Assembly: GCA_002269645.1 (NCBI GenBank)
Contig: NIVC01001317.1
Span: 186,001-250,000, forward strand
Reading direction: 5' to 3'
Origin: Macrostomum lignano
Lineage: Eukaryota
Length of the DNA stretch: 64,000 bases
The notes beneath the pieces are model-generated. The model searched no databases. It was not told the DNA's origin and was given only the letters and a program-made list of their open reading frames with translations. The stretch's first letter is position 1, and each line of letters opens with the position of its first letter. The translations under genes and the position numbers were made by a program. Shown piece by piece: positions 39,112-48,921 of this stretch.

Positions 39112-39375
39112 TTATACAGCCAAATAGCTGCTCCAAGAAGCCGCAGCAGCAGCAGCCAGAGCCAGCAGAGCCGGAAGGCCGCCAGATGGTGAGCCAATTT
39201 TGGAGCCGCTCGACGCGAACCGGTCATCCACAAGTCGACGAACCGTCTTGGGAAAGTCGGTGATCAGGCCGTCGACTTTGGCTTCGGTGGCGAAGAAGTC
39301 AGCCTCGGCCCAGCCGTCCTGGCTGAAGGTCCACGCGATGTACCGGTCCTCGTTGCGGAGGGTCCACACCAGGAC
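39112..39375 (-). CDS. GDPD: Glycerophosphodiester phosphodiesterase exon 3 (VLVWTLRNE...VDGLITDFP, then a hydrophobic GPI-like tail)
   Basis: Acceptor ccccactcccag; WTLRNE and DGLITDFP are C-terminal GDPD motifs; the exon ends in small residues plus a hydrophobic stretch. Confidence 0.88.
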   Translation of the reverse strand, partial: VLVWTLRNEDRYIAWTFSQDGWAEADFFATEAKVDGLITDFPKTVRRLVDDRFASSGSKIGSPSGGLPALLALAAAAAASWSSYLAV

Positions 39376-39514
39376 CTGGGAGTGGGGAATTACACGGGGG
39401 GGTAGTTGAGCTATTCGTTTTAAAGTGACAGTACTCACTCGTACTACTAGTGAGTGATTGGGGGTAAAGTAATGCTCTGATTCTATATGCACATAGGGTC
39501 CATGAGATTAAGAA

Positions 39515-39595
39515 AAGATTTACCCGATCAAAATGTTTTGTTAGTAACTGCATATCAAATGCATATTCTTATTGTAGGCTTTGATATCTATAAGC
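39515..39595. repeat. Dispersed repeat copy A (in GDPD intron 2), similar to 47851-47930
   Basis: AGATTTACCCGAT..AAA..GTTT...TAGTAACTGCATATC.AAT..AT...T..TTGTAGG is shared between the two loci. Confidence 0.75.
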
Positions 39596-40214
39596 ATACA
39601 GGGGTACATCTGTGAGCTATACATCTGTGTGCTCACAGATGTTTAATATCTGTGGCTAAATGCGCTGTATGAAGAAAAGCATTGAGGGCAAACCTCGGCG
39701 GGCAATTCTCGTGCTCCCATGTCGTACATGTGTTCTTGTTTAGATATAAAAGTATCTCCACCCTTCGTGTGAGGGTTTGACTGTTTTTCTTGGACTGAGC
39801 CTGGCCGCTGGTCTCTCGCTCACTACATTTGGCGCCGCAAGTACGAGTGGAGAAATCAATTGATTTGGGTGTCAAACCTAGTCGTGGTGCCAATGGCGAA
39901 AGGCATGCCGGATGAGAGTGTACATTAGTGTACACGCCTGATGATAGAGAAGTCAGGGCGGCCTCTGTATACCCTGATGGGAGCATGAGCCTGTGTATCT
40001 GTAAATGCTCAGGGTCAACTGAATTGCCTACTCAATGTCTGCGGGTCGACTGTCGCCTCGAAATAAAGATAGATAATAAAGCGACACTCCACAATCAGGC
40101 ACACTCTGTCATGTACGCTTTGTGTAGTCATCAGAGGCGAGTATGGGCTATTGAGTTTGACATCACCGGTTGAGGAATTCGAAAGACTTAACGAGCAGCC
40201 AGTGCGGCGATTAC

Positions 40215-40748
40215 CTTGAAATTCTCGCCCTGCCGCTTAGCCCGCTGCACCAGGTCGGTCGGTCCGGTCACGCGGTACTTGTAGGTGAATTCCGGGCTAG
40301 CTGGGTTCGCGGAACCGCCAGCAACCATCGCCTTGTGCACCCCGATGCCGTCCAGCTTGAGGTCGCGTCTCCACTGAGTGAGCTTCTCGTCGCTGATGCC
40401 AGCAGACTCCTCGAGCTTGTAGACCGGCAGGTTTGGTAGGAGACGCTTGAGCTCGGCAGCGCACTGCAGCTCGAATGTCTGCAGGTGGATGATGTCCGGC
40501 CTGTTATCCACTCCCTCGGCAGTCAGATCCGCCGCGATCAGCACCTCCTTGCTGCGATTTGTTCGAGCTGTGAAGTAGCGACAAAGTTTCACCTCGATGA
40601 GCAACGCTACCCGTCTCTGATCGGGCTGTCTCTCCGAGTCCAGGCGCTTCACCAGCTGGATCGCTTCGCGAAGGCTCGGCACCTGCTCTTTGCCGTCGAA
40701 GCTGGAGTCCCGAAAGCTTATTCGCTGGTGCTTGCGAAGCTTCTTAAT
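40215..40748 (-). CDS. GDPD: Glycerophosphodiester phosphodiesterase exon 2 (IKKLRKHQRISFRD...VPSLREAI...LIEVK...LQTFE...DGIG)
   Basis: Acceptor ctacctag, donor AAG|GTAATC; 534 nt, phase 0/0; contains IPTL-like, IEVK and QTFE GDPD motifs. Confidence 0.88.
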
Positions 40749-40779
40749 CTAGGTAGCGGTGGAGTTTCAGATTTTTTAA

Positions 40780-41156
40780 ACACTTGGTTGAGCTACCGCT
40801 CCCTCCAGACACTTGGTTGAGCTATCACTCCAGACACTTGGTTGAGCTCCAGACACTTGGCTGAGCTACCACTCCCTCCAGACACTTGGTTGAGCTACCT
40901 CTCCTCCTGACACTTGGTTGAGCTACCACTTCCTCCTGACACTTGGTTGAGCTACCACTCCAGACACTTGGTTGAGCTATCACTCCAGACACTTGGTTGA
41001 GCTATCACTCCAGACACTTGGTTGAGCTACGACTCCAGACACTTGGCTGAGCTACCACTTCCTCCTGACACTTGGTTGAGCTACCACTCCCTCCTGACAC
41101 TTGGTTGAGCTACCACTCCCTCCTGACACTTGGTTGAGCTACCACTCCAGACACTT
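40780..41156. repeat. ~25-30 bp modular minisatellite (GACACTTGGTTGAGCTACCACTCC...) filling GDPD intron 1
   Basis: About 14 variable-length units between the splice sites. Confidence 0.92.
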
Positions 41157-41190
41157 AGAGAGCACAGACGCCCAACCACACAATCTGTAC

Positions 41191-41541
41191 CTCATCCAAG
41201 CTGAAGTCCCAGGTGAAATAGTCTGTCACATTTTTAGTATAGTTGTCGTCGGAGAAAATCGTATCGGTTTTCAATCGGCCAGCAAACTCTGGCACATCCT
41301 TGACGTTAGTAGTCGGCGACAGGTCCGGTTCGTGCAGCACAATCACCTGGTGGTCCTTGGTGACAGCGGTGTCCAACTCCAGCATGTCGGCACCCTCCTC
41401 CGCAGCTTTGGTGAAGGCCAACATGGTGAGTCCTGGATAGTCGCCGCTGGAACCTCGATGGGCAATGACCCATGGCCGCCCGGCAGCCTCAGAGCTGAAC
41501 GAAAGCAGAGCCAGCAACAAAGCCAGCAGCCTGAGAGTCAT
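41191..41541 (-). CDS. GDPD: Glycerophosphodiester phosphodiesterase exon 1 (signal peptide + catalytic N-terminus); full protein ~382 aa
   Basis: MTLRLLALLLALLSFSSEAAG signal peptide; VIAHRG, GADMLELD, LHE, TTNV and DFSLDE motifs; donor GAG|GTACAG, phase 0. Confidence 0.92.
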
Positions 41542-42054
41542 TTTGCACTTTGCTTTGCCTAAATCTATTCTCTGCTATAAGCTGCTTCTTCTAGTTGATC
41601 GCCCCTGTTTGATAAGTCAAAATAAGTAAGCGGGTTCAACAGACGGGCTGGCGCAAAAACTGGAACCCCTGGAGCTCGCAGTCCATTTTATCGGGTGTCG
41701 GGTTTAGACTTGGAGGCTCGTTTCGGCTGATTGGGCCATAAGCTGGTCTGTATCATTTGCACTGCGAGCAAACTGTTCAGAGAGATTAGAGACTGCTTTG
41801 GGCTTGATCTACTGCAGCAGTTTAAGATTCTCTCTCTCTCTTCTCAGAGCAGTGCCTCAGTGTTGACACGATGTGTAGCGAATAAATTTTCTCGACTAGA
41901 TTTTCGTACGCTTCTGACGTCTAAGCGCATAACTTTAGCTGAAAGTTTGCTGCCTATGTGGGTGTACATGTAGAGAGCTCACAGCCATTTGACGGACAGA
42001 CAGAGTGAATTACATTCAAGTGCTGTAAACACTCTGGTTTCAGGTTTACACTCA

Positions 42055-42720
42055 TAAACTGCTTGGTCTCTGAAGAGTGACTGACTTCTGACTTAAACTG
42101 GTCTCTGAAGAGTGATTGCCCTCTGACTTTAACTGCTTGGTCTCTGAAGAGTGGACTGACTTTTGACTTAAACTGGTCTCTGAAGAGTGATTGACCTCTG
42201 ACTTTAACTGCTTGGTCTCTGAAGAGTGATTGCCCTCTGACTTTAACTGCTTGGTCTCTGAAGAGTGATTGCCCTCTGACTTTAACTGCTTGGTCTCTGA
42301 AGAGTGATTGCCCTCTGACTTTAACTGCTTGGTCTCTGAAGAGTGGACTGACTTCTGACTTAAACTGGTCTCTGAAGAGTGATTGACCTCTGACTTAAAC
42401 TGGTCTCTGAAGAGTGACTGACTTCTGACTTAAACTGGTCTCTGAAGAGTGACTGACTTCTGACTTTAACTGCTTGGTCTCTGAAGAGTGGACTGATTTT
42501 TGACTTAAACTGGTCTCTGAAGAGTGATTGACCTCTGACTTAAACTGGTCTCTGAAGAGTGACTGACTTCTGACTTTAACTGCTTGGTTTCTGAAGAGTG
42601 ATTGGCCTCTGACTTAAACTGCTTGGTTTCTGAAGAGTGATTGGCCTCTGACTTAAACTGCTTGGTTTCTGAAGAGTGATTGGCCTCTGACTTAAACTAG
42701 CTCGTACTTATCTCTGAAGA
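42055..42720. repeat. ~35-40 bp minisatellite (CTGCTTGGTCTCTGAAGAGTGATTGCCCTCTGACTTTAA-like)
   Basis: About 17 units with indel variants; one more unit resumes at ~43627-43670 beyond the retroelement fragment. Confidence 0.93.
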
Positions 42721-43622
42721 CTGCAGGAACGCTCCGAACATCAGCGGGGCGGAGGCGAAGGCCCTGCGAGACCTTCGGGGGCGGACAAGTAAATCGTCAT
42801 CAAACCGGCCGACAAGGGCAGCCAGCTGGTCATTCTGGACCGGCAGGACTATTTTCACGAGTGCCTGCGTCAGCTGGAGGACCCGCTATTCTACCTGCCC
42901 CTGAACGCGCCGACCAATCGCTTCACAGCCCAGATGATTCGCGCTGTCTTCAAGTCGCTGCTGGACCGCAGAATCATCGACCATTGCTAGTCAACGCATT
43001 CAGCCCGAAGAGCGAGTTCCGCACGATGCACTTCTACATCCTTCCGAAGATCCACAAGCCCGTCGAGTCGTGGCCGCTCGGCGATATTCCCCCGGGTTGG
43101 CCCATCGTGTCTGATGTCGACAGCGAGTCCTACGCCAGTGGCCGATTAATCGACAGCATCCTGCATCCGCGGGATCGCCTGTCCGGCATACGAGGAGACC
43201 TTTCTGTTCACCATGGACGTCACCAGCCTGTACACCAACATCCCGACGGAGGCCAGTCTCGAGTGCGTTAGGAGGGCGTTTTAGGGAGCGGAGCGCAAAA
43301 ACTTCGAGTTCGACGGCGGATACTTCCTGCAGGTGAAAGGCACTGCCATGGGGAAGTCGTTCGCGCCCAGCTACAGTAGCATCTACATGGGCTACTGGGA
43401 GCAGAGAGGCCTGGAGACCAGCCCGCAGAAGCCCAGCCTGTGGCTCAGCTACATCGACGACGTCTTTGGAGTGTGGCGGGGAACAGATGCGGAGCTGGTC
43501 CAGTACCACCAACATCTGGAAGCCCTCGACCCGAACATCCGGCTTCAATTGAGCTACGAGTACAGCAGCACAGAGGTCAACTTCCTGGACGCCACCGTCT
43601 TCTGGGACCGTGAGGGCGACAG
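42721..43622 (+). mobile_element. Decayed Penelope-like element (PLE) reverse transcriptase fragment
   Basis: Across frameshifts: NISGAEAKALRDL, IVIKPADKG..VILDRQDY, LRQLED, FYILPKIHK, P.IVS, MDVTSLYTNIP, FEFDG.YFLQVKGTAMG..FAPSY..IYMG, YIDDVF, VNFLD. This motif order is typical of PLE RT. Premature TAGs, frameshifts and internal deletions are present; no GIY-YIG domain is seen. Confidence 0.88.
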
Positions 43623-44539
43623 TCTTTGGTCTCTGAAGAGTGATTGGCCTCTGACTTGAGTTGCTTGGTCTATTACAAGCAAAAAATGCACAAAAAATGC
43701 GTTATACACTACTGCCAGTACGATTGTCAAGGCCTTTTGAACTAGCTCGTACACGCGTATAATCTCAATTTGTACTATGCTATGCCTTTTTGTTTCATCT
43801 GCAATAAAACCTGGACTGGCGACATCGGCATTATTACCGGCGTCAAGAAGATGGCGGTGGAGGTCTTAACTAATTAAACCAATTACAGAAAGCAACCGCA
43901 AGTTAAGCAGACTTGGCGGCGGTTAGTTCGCAAGCTTTGAAGTTAAAGGTTAATGAAAGCAAGCGCGAGTATTGAATAGAATTTTACGAAAAGTCTTTTA
44001 ATTTTCTCACATTTTATTAACTACTTTAGCCTTTTTGATTTGCTTCTCCACTCTCTCTTTCTTTGATCTATGCTGCAAAATTTCTTTGTTCCCATCCGTG
44101 TAGAGAAGTAGAAACACGCGATGTACAAAGAGACGAAATCTCACAGCGAGGCGGCCCTGCGGTGTGCATAATACCACTGGGCGGATGGGGATGAGTAATA
44201 GGGAAGGAAACCCCGTGGTCACGCCCAGCCTTAGCCAAATGCTACCGCCCACCCATACTGGCCTCATTTGGGTCTCGAATATCGATTCGGACACACGGGC
44301 AGCTCAGTTTCTTTGAGTGTCCGAGTTTGAGAATCAATGATATATGAGCAGATGAGGACTGGCGAGAGGGTATTAGGGCTTCCATAGTAGCAACCCATGT
44401 AAGGCGGTCATACAGACGTACAAGACTAATGAGATATGGCAGGTGAGTACCGCACTGGGGCATTGGGCAGAAAAGGGAATGGCTGCAGGTTTAACTATTT
44501 TTTTTAACCTGTGTACTGCTTTGGACCCTGGAGATAGAG

Positions 44540-45112
44540 CCCCTGTATTTGATAAGCCAGTCCCCCCCTCCCTACCTGCTTTGATAAGCCAGTCCCCCCT
44601 CTCTACCTGCTTTGATAAGCCAGTCCCCCCTCTCTACCTGCTTTGATAAGCCAGTCCCTCCCTCCCTCTCTACCTGCTTTGATAAGCCAGTCCTCCCCTC
44701 TCTACCTGCTTCGATAAGCCAGTCCCCCCTCTCTACCTGCTTTGATAAGCCAGTCCCCCCTCTCTACCTGCTTTGATAAGCCAGTCCCCCCTCTCTACCT
44801 GCTTTGATAAGCCAGTCCCTCCCTCCCTCTCTACCTGCTTTGATAAGCCAGTCCTCCCCTCTCTACCTGCTTCGATAAGCCAGTCCCCCCTCTCTACCTG
44901 CTTTGATAAGCCAGTCCCTCCCTCTCTACCTGCTTTGATAAGCCAGTCCCCCCCTCTCTACCTGCTTTGATAAGCCAGTCCCTCCCTCTCTACCTGCTTT
45001 GATAAGCCAGTCCCTCTCTACCTGCTTTGATAAGCCAATCCCTCTCTACCTGCTTTGATAAGCCAGTCCCTCCCTCTCTACCTGCTTTGATAAGCCATTC
45101 CCTCCCTCTACC
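44540..45112. repeat. ~30-bp minisatellite (CTCTACCTGCTTTGATAAGCCAGTCCCCCC)n
   Basis: About 18 units with variable C-tract length. Confidence 0.94.
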
Positions 45113-45589
45113 TGTCATCTATAGACCAATTTGGAAGGACGTTTATCCCTCCCAGTTTCCAAATCCAACGCAGGCATACTCGTACGAGCTAGAATATTAC
45201 TCCTAGGGCTTGCCGGATAGCAGAGCTTCAATTTTTTGTTTTGTCATTTAGCCTCTCTTTTGATTTCGGCTCTGTTTGCCATCGTCTCCGTTTCGTCCCC
45301 CTGCCACTGCCGTCGCACCGCCCACTCGATGCCAGGGCAGCGAAGGCGGACCCCGCCCAGGCCTTGAGCGTCCGATTGATTCAATTCCGATCTCTTAAGT
45401 TTTCTCTTTTCTGCTTCAGACGTTAGCGCTATCTCTTAGCACTGCTAAGCGAATACGAGTAGCTCTACCCCGGAACGAAAGGCCGAGTGCTTAATTGCGA
45501 ATCCGGCAGGCACCCGAAATTCGGCCTTCCTCGCCTCTCTCTTCCTCACTCTCCTCTCGCCTCTTGCATGCTGTGCACGTTCCGCACTG

Positions 45590-45770
<181 letters not shown>

Positions 45771-46114
45771 ATTGAACTGCTGAAAGTGAATCGGAAATAG
45801 CGGAGAAATTCTGGGATAGTGGGGGTAGTGGTGGTGAAAGGATTTCATAAGCCATTATTTTCTTCCCATTTTTACGATGCAATTTTTTTCGTCGGTGGTT
45901 TTTTGCCGCCTTAAAATTGGGCTCCGCATGAGCGGTCGCCCGGCAAAATTTATTCGATTTGGCATTTCTCCCCGCAGCCGAAGCCTCTGCTCCAACCTGC
46001 TGGAATCAGTTTTTGCTCTGCATCCCCAGATTGTGGCCGCTATGCAATTTTTTTGAATTCACTGAAATAGGTCAATTAATTGTGTTTTTCAAAGGTCTAA
46101 ACTCTAAACTCACA

Positions 46115-46615
46115 GTCAATCTGTCACAGTCACTCTTATGTCACAGTCACTATGACACAGTCAGTCTGTCACAGTCACTCTGTCACAGACACTTTGTCAC
46201 AGTAACGTTTCTGTCACAGTCACTCTGTCACAGTCGCTCTGTCACAGTCACTCTGTCACAGTCACTCTGTCACAGTCACTCTTATGTCACAGTCACTCTG
46301 ACACAGTCACTCTGTCACAGTCACTCTTATGTCACAGTCACTCTGTCACAGTCACTCTGTCACAGTAACTCTGTCACAGTCACTTTGTCACAGTCACCCT
46401 GTCACAGTCACTCTGTAACAGTCACTCTTATGTCACAGTCACTATGACACAGTCACTCTTATGTCACAGTCACTATGACACAGTCACTCTTATGTCACAG
46501 TCACTATGACACAGTCACTCTTATGTCACAGTCACTATGACACAGTCACTCTTATGTCACAGTCACTCTGTCACAGTCACTCTGTCGCAGTCACTCTTCT
46601 GTCACAGTCTGCCTG
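46115..46615. repeat. ~14-17 bp minisatellite (GTCACAGTCACTCT[TAT])n
   Basis: Repeated GTCACAGTCACT core with variable linkers. Confidence 0.9.
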
Positions 46616-47122
46616 CTATACTCTATTTCTCAGAATCGTCTGTCACTCTCACTCTGTCACTCTCCTTCTATTCCTTTCCCTCTCCACCTCTCAACCTCCG
46701 ACTTTGTAGACTCCCACCCCGTTCCTGCCCTCCCTCTCTCTTTAATCCCGTCAGCACCCTGAGACCACTGATCGGCACCAGTCAGGGAGAGACCAAGCCA
46801 GCAAACCGGTTCCTCTCCGCATCAGAGCTCATTTCTGGTCCTCGCATAGAACTCCACACTTTCCCCTTCTCTCTGTCCCTGTCTGCTTCGGCCCAGGATT
46901 CAGGGCTGCCTTCCAATTGCGAAAGCCCGCCTGCCCCTGCTTCACCCTCTCTGCACTTTTCATTTGCTGCCCAGAGCCGGGGCTGTGAGGAGCGCAGAGG
47001 GGCAGAGAGGTTCTGAATAAATACACAGCATCATGGAGCTGGGAGTGCATTGTATCAACCAGCATTGCCCAGCAGGTGTCATATTTTTTAATATTCATAT
47101 CGGCACTTTCCTCTCAGAAGCA

Positions 47123-47138
47123 ATGTCCCGACTGTCAG
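47123..47138 (+). CDS. TNFAIP8: Probable TNFAIP8-like start micro-exon (ATG TCC CGA CTG TCA G | GTATGA)
   Basis: The main exon has no in-frame ATG after the upstream stop and begins in phase 1; this ATG plus GT donor gives the matching phase (MSRLS-D-PESNGK...). Confidence 0.55.
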
Positions 47139-47247
47139 GTATGATTAGCGCTTTATTTTATCTGCTATTGCAACCATTTAAGCATTTTTGCTTTGTAAAT
47201 AACTTTGGGTAGGTCAATATATCAATACGAGTGCATTATTGAATACT

Positions 47248-47640
47248 CATTCATAATTCATTGTTCAAGGTTCATTATTGATTATTGACTATTGATTATT
47301 GATTATTTCCCATTCATAATTCATTGTTCAAGGTTCATTATTGATTATTGACTATTGATTATTGATTATTTCCCATTCATAATTCATTGTTCAAGGTTCA
47401 TTATTGATTATTGACTATTGATTATTGATTATTTCCCATTCATAATTCATTGTTCAAGGTTCATTATTGATTATTGACTATTGATTATTGATTATTTCCC
47501 ATTCATAATTCATTGTTCAAGGTTCATTATTGATTATTGACTATTGATTATTGATTATTTCCCATTCATAATTCATTGTTCAAGGTTCATTATTGATTAT
47601 TGACTATTGATTATTGATTATTTCCCATTCATAATTCATA
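47248..47640. repeat. 63-bp AT-rich tandem repeat, 6 near-identical copies, in the predicted TNFAIP8 intron
   Basis: CATTCATAATTCATTGTTCAAGG starts at 47248, 47311, 47374, 47437, 47500 and 47563. Confidence 0.95.
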
Positions 47641-47850
47641 ATCAATTATATATAATTCATATAATTCATATTCATTATTCATTATTCATTAGTCATCATT
47701 CATTGTTCAGTATTTACTATTCATTATTCATTAATAATCATTAATCATTCAGTATGGGGTGCATAAGAATTGCCCGCCGAGGTTTCCCGCAATGCTTTTT
47801 TTAGCGCAGTTTGCTGCATTGCCTTCCCAATGCTTAGTAAGTCTTAATAA

Positions 47851-47930
47851 AGAGATTTACCCGATAAAAACGTTTAGATAGTAACTGCATATCGAATTCA
47901 TGTTTTTCTTGTAGGTTTTCATTCCTATAA
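47851..47930. repeat. Dispersed repeat copy B, similar to 39515-39595
   Basis: Same ~80-bp motif block as in GDPD intron 2. Confidence 0.75.
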
Positions 47931-48292
47931 TAGTTACTTATCAATTATTACTGTACCATTACTCAATCGCAAATCGAGGTGTAAACAAACGGATTTTGGC
48001 TATACTCTTTTTCTGTAGTTTCCTTCACTTTGAGTGCATATCTCTTAAATTGCATTGTTTAAGATGAATTTTTTCCCTCCTCTGGGGGGTTGGACAAGAT
48101 AATTTGCAATCCATCATGCAGGTAACGTGGGCCTGCTCGGGGGGTAAGCCATAAGCTTCAAAACCTTCGAGTATCAGTAAAAATTAATAATTCTTTCCCC
48201 TCACTGTAAATAAGCAAAAAACGCTAACTTTGCTACTGAAGAAGAGTAGATCTAGTAATTCTGGAATCTGTGACTGGCCCCCTCACATGCAG

Positions 48293-48921
48293 ATCCTGAG
48301 TCCAACGGTAAGGCCAAGGGCGCCTGTGCCGGAGCGAGCGGCGGCGGCGGCGGCCCAGATGACGGCAATTTCAACTCCAACTCAATCAGCGTCCGAGCGC
48401 AGAAAAAACTAATCGGCACCTTGGCCAATAAATCTGCTTTGAAAATTTTCTTAGACTCAACATCGGCCAGGCTGCTGGACGAGCTGTACAGAATCGTGAA
48501 GCTGTGGTGCGGCTCTCGGCACTCCGCCAAGCAGCTCATGAAGCAGGTGGTGAAGATCAACATGAAGATCGGGGTGCTCTACCTCAACAATGTGCTCAAC
48601 GAGGACGAAAAGAATCTTGTGGAAGACTTTCGCGACTGCTTCAGCGAGTTGGCCGAAGCCGCAGTTCGGACGTTTCGACTCGAGCGACAGCCGGACATCG
48701 GCGAGGCCATCGGCCGGGTGCAGCGCTGCGAGGACCTGGTGCTGCGGGCCACCCGGCGCCACCTCAGCGAGAAGTCGCTGCGCGGCGTCCGCTCCTGCGC
48801 CGCCTTCTTCTCTGACAGGAAATTCCTGGAGGCCCTGCTGGATCCGGGATCCAGCCTGGCGGTTCACATGGCACCTCTGTGCGATGGCGTTCAGGAGCTG
48901 CTAGACAGGGGCGTCATCTGA
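48293..48921 (+). CDS. TNFAIP8: TNFAIP8/TIPE-family protein, main coding exon
   Basis: FNSNSISVRAQKKLIG...LDSTSARLLDELYRIVK...KINMKIGVLY.NN.LN.DE...RHLSEKS..GV......FSD..FL.AL..P...H...LCDGV...LD.G.I matches the TNFAIP8 family along its whole length; acceptor cacatgcag at 48291-48292. Confidence 0.93.

Noticed and set aside
42055-42720. CRISPR-like look of conserved cores with variable linkers (also 20775-21789 and 40780-41156)
   Set aside because: The linkers are related to each other rather than unique spacers, there are no cas genes, and the context is eukaryotic.
48116-48121. Alternative TNFAIP8 start exon ATG CAG|GTAACG
   Set aside because: A phase-0 donor is incompatible with the phase-1 acceptor at 48292/48293.
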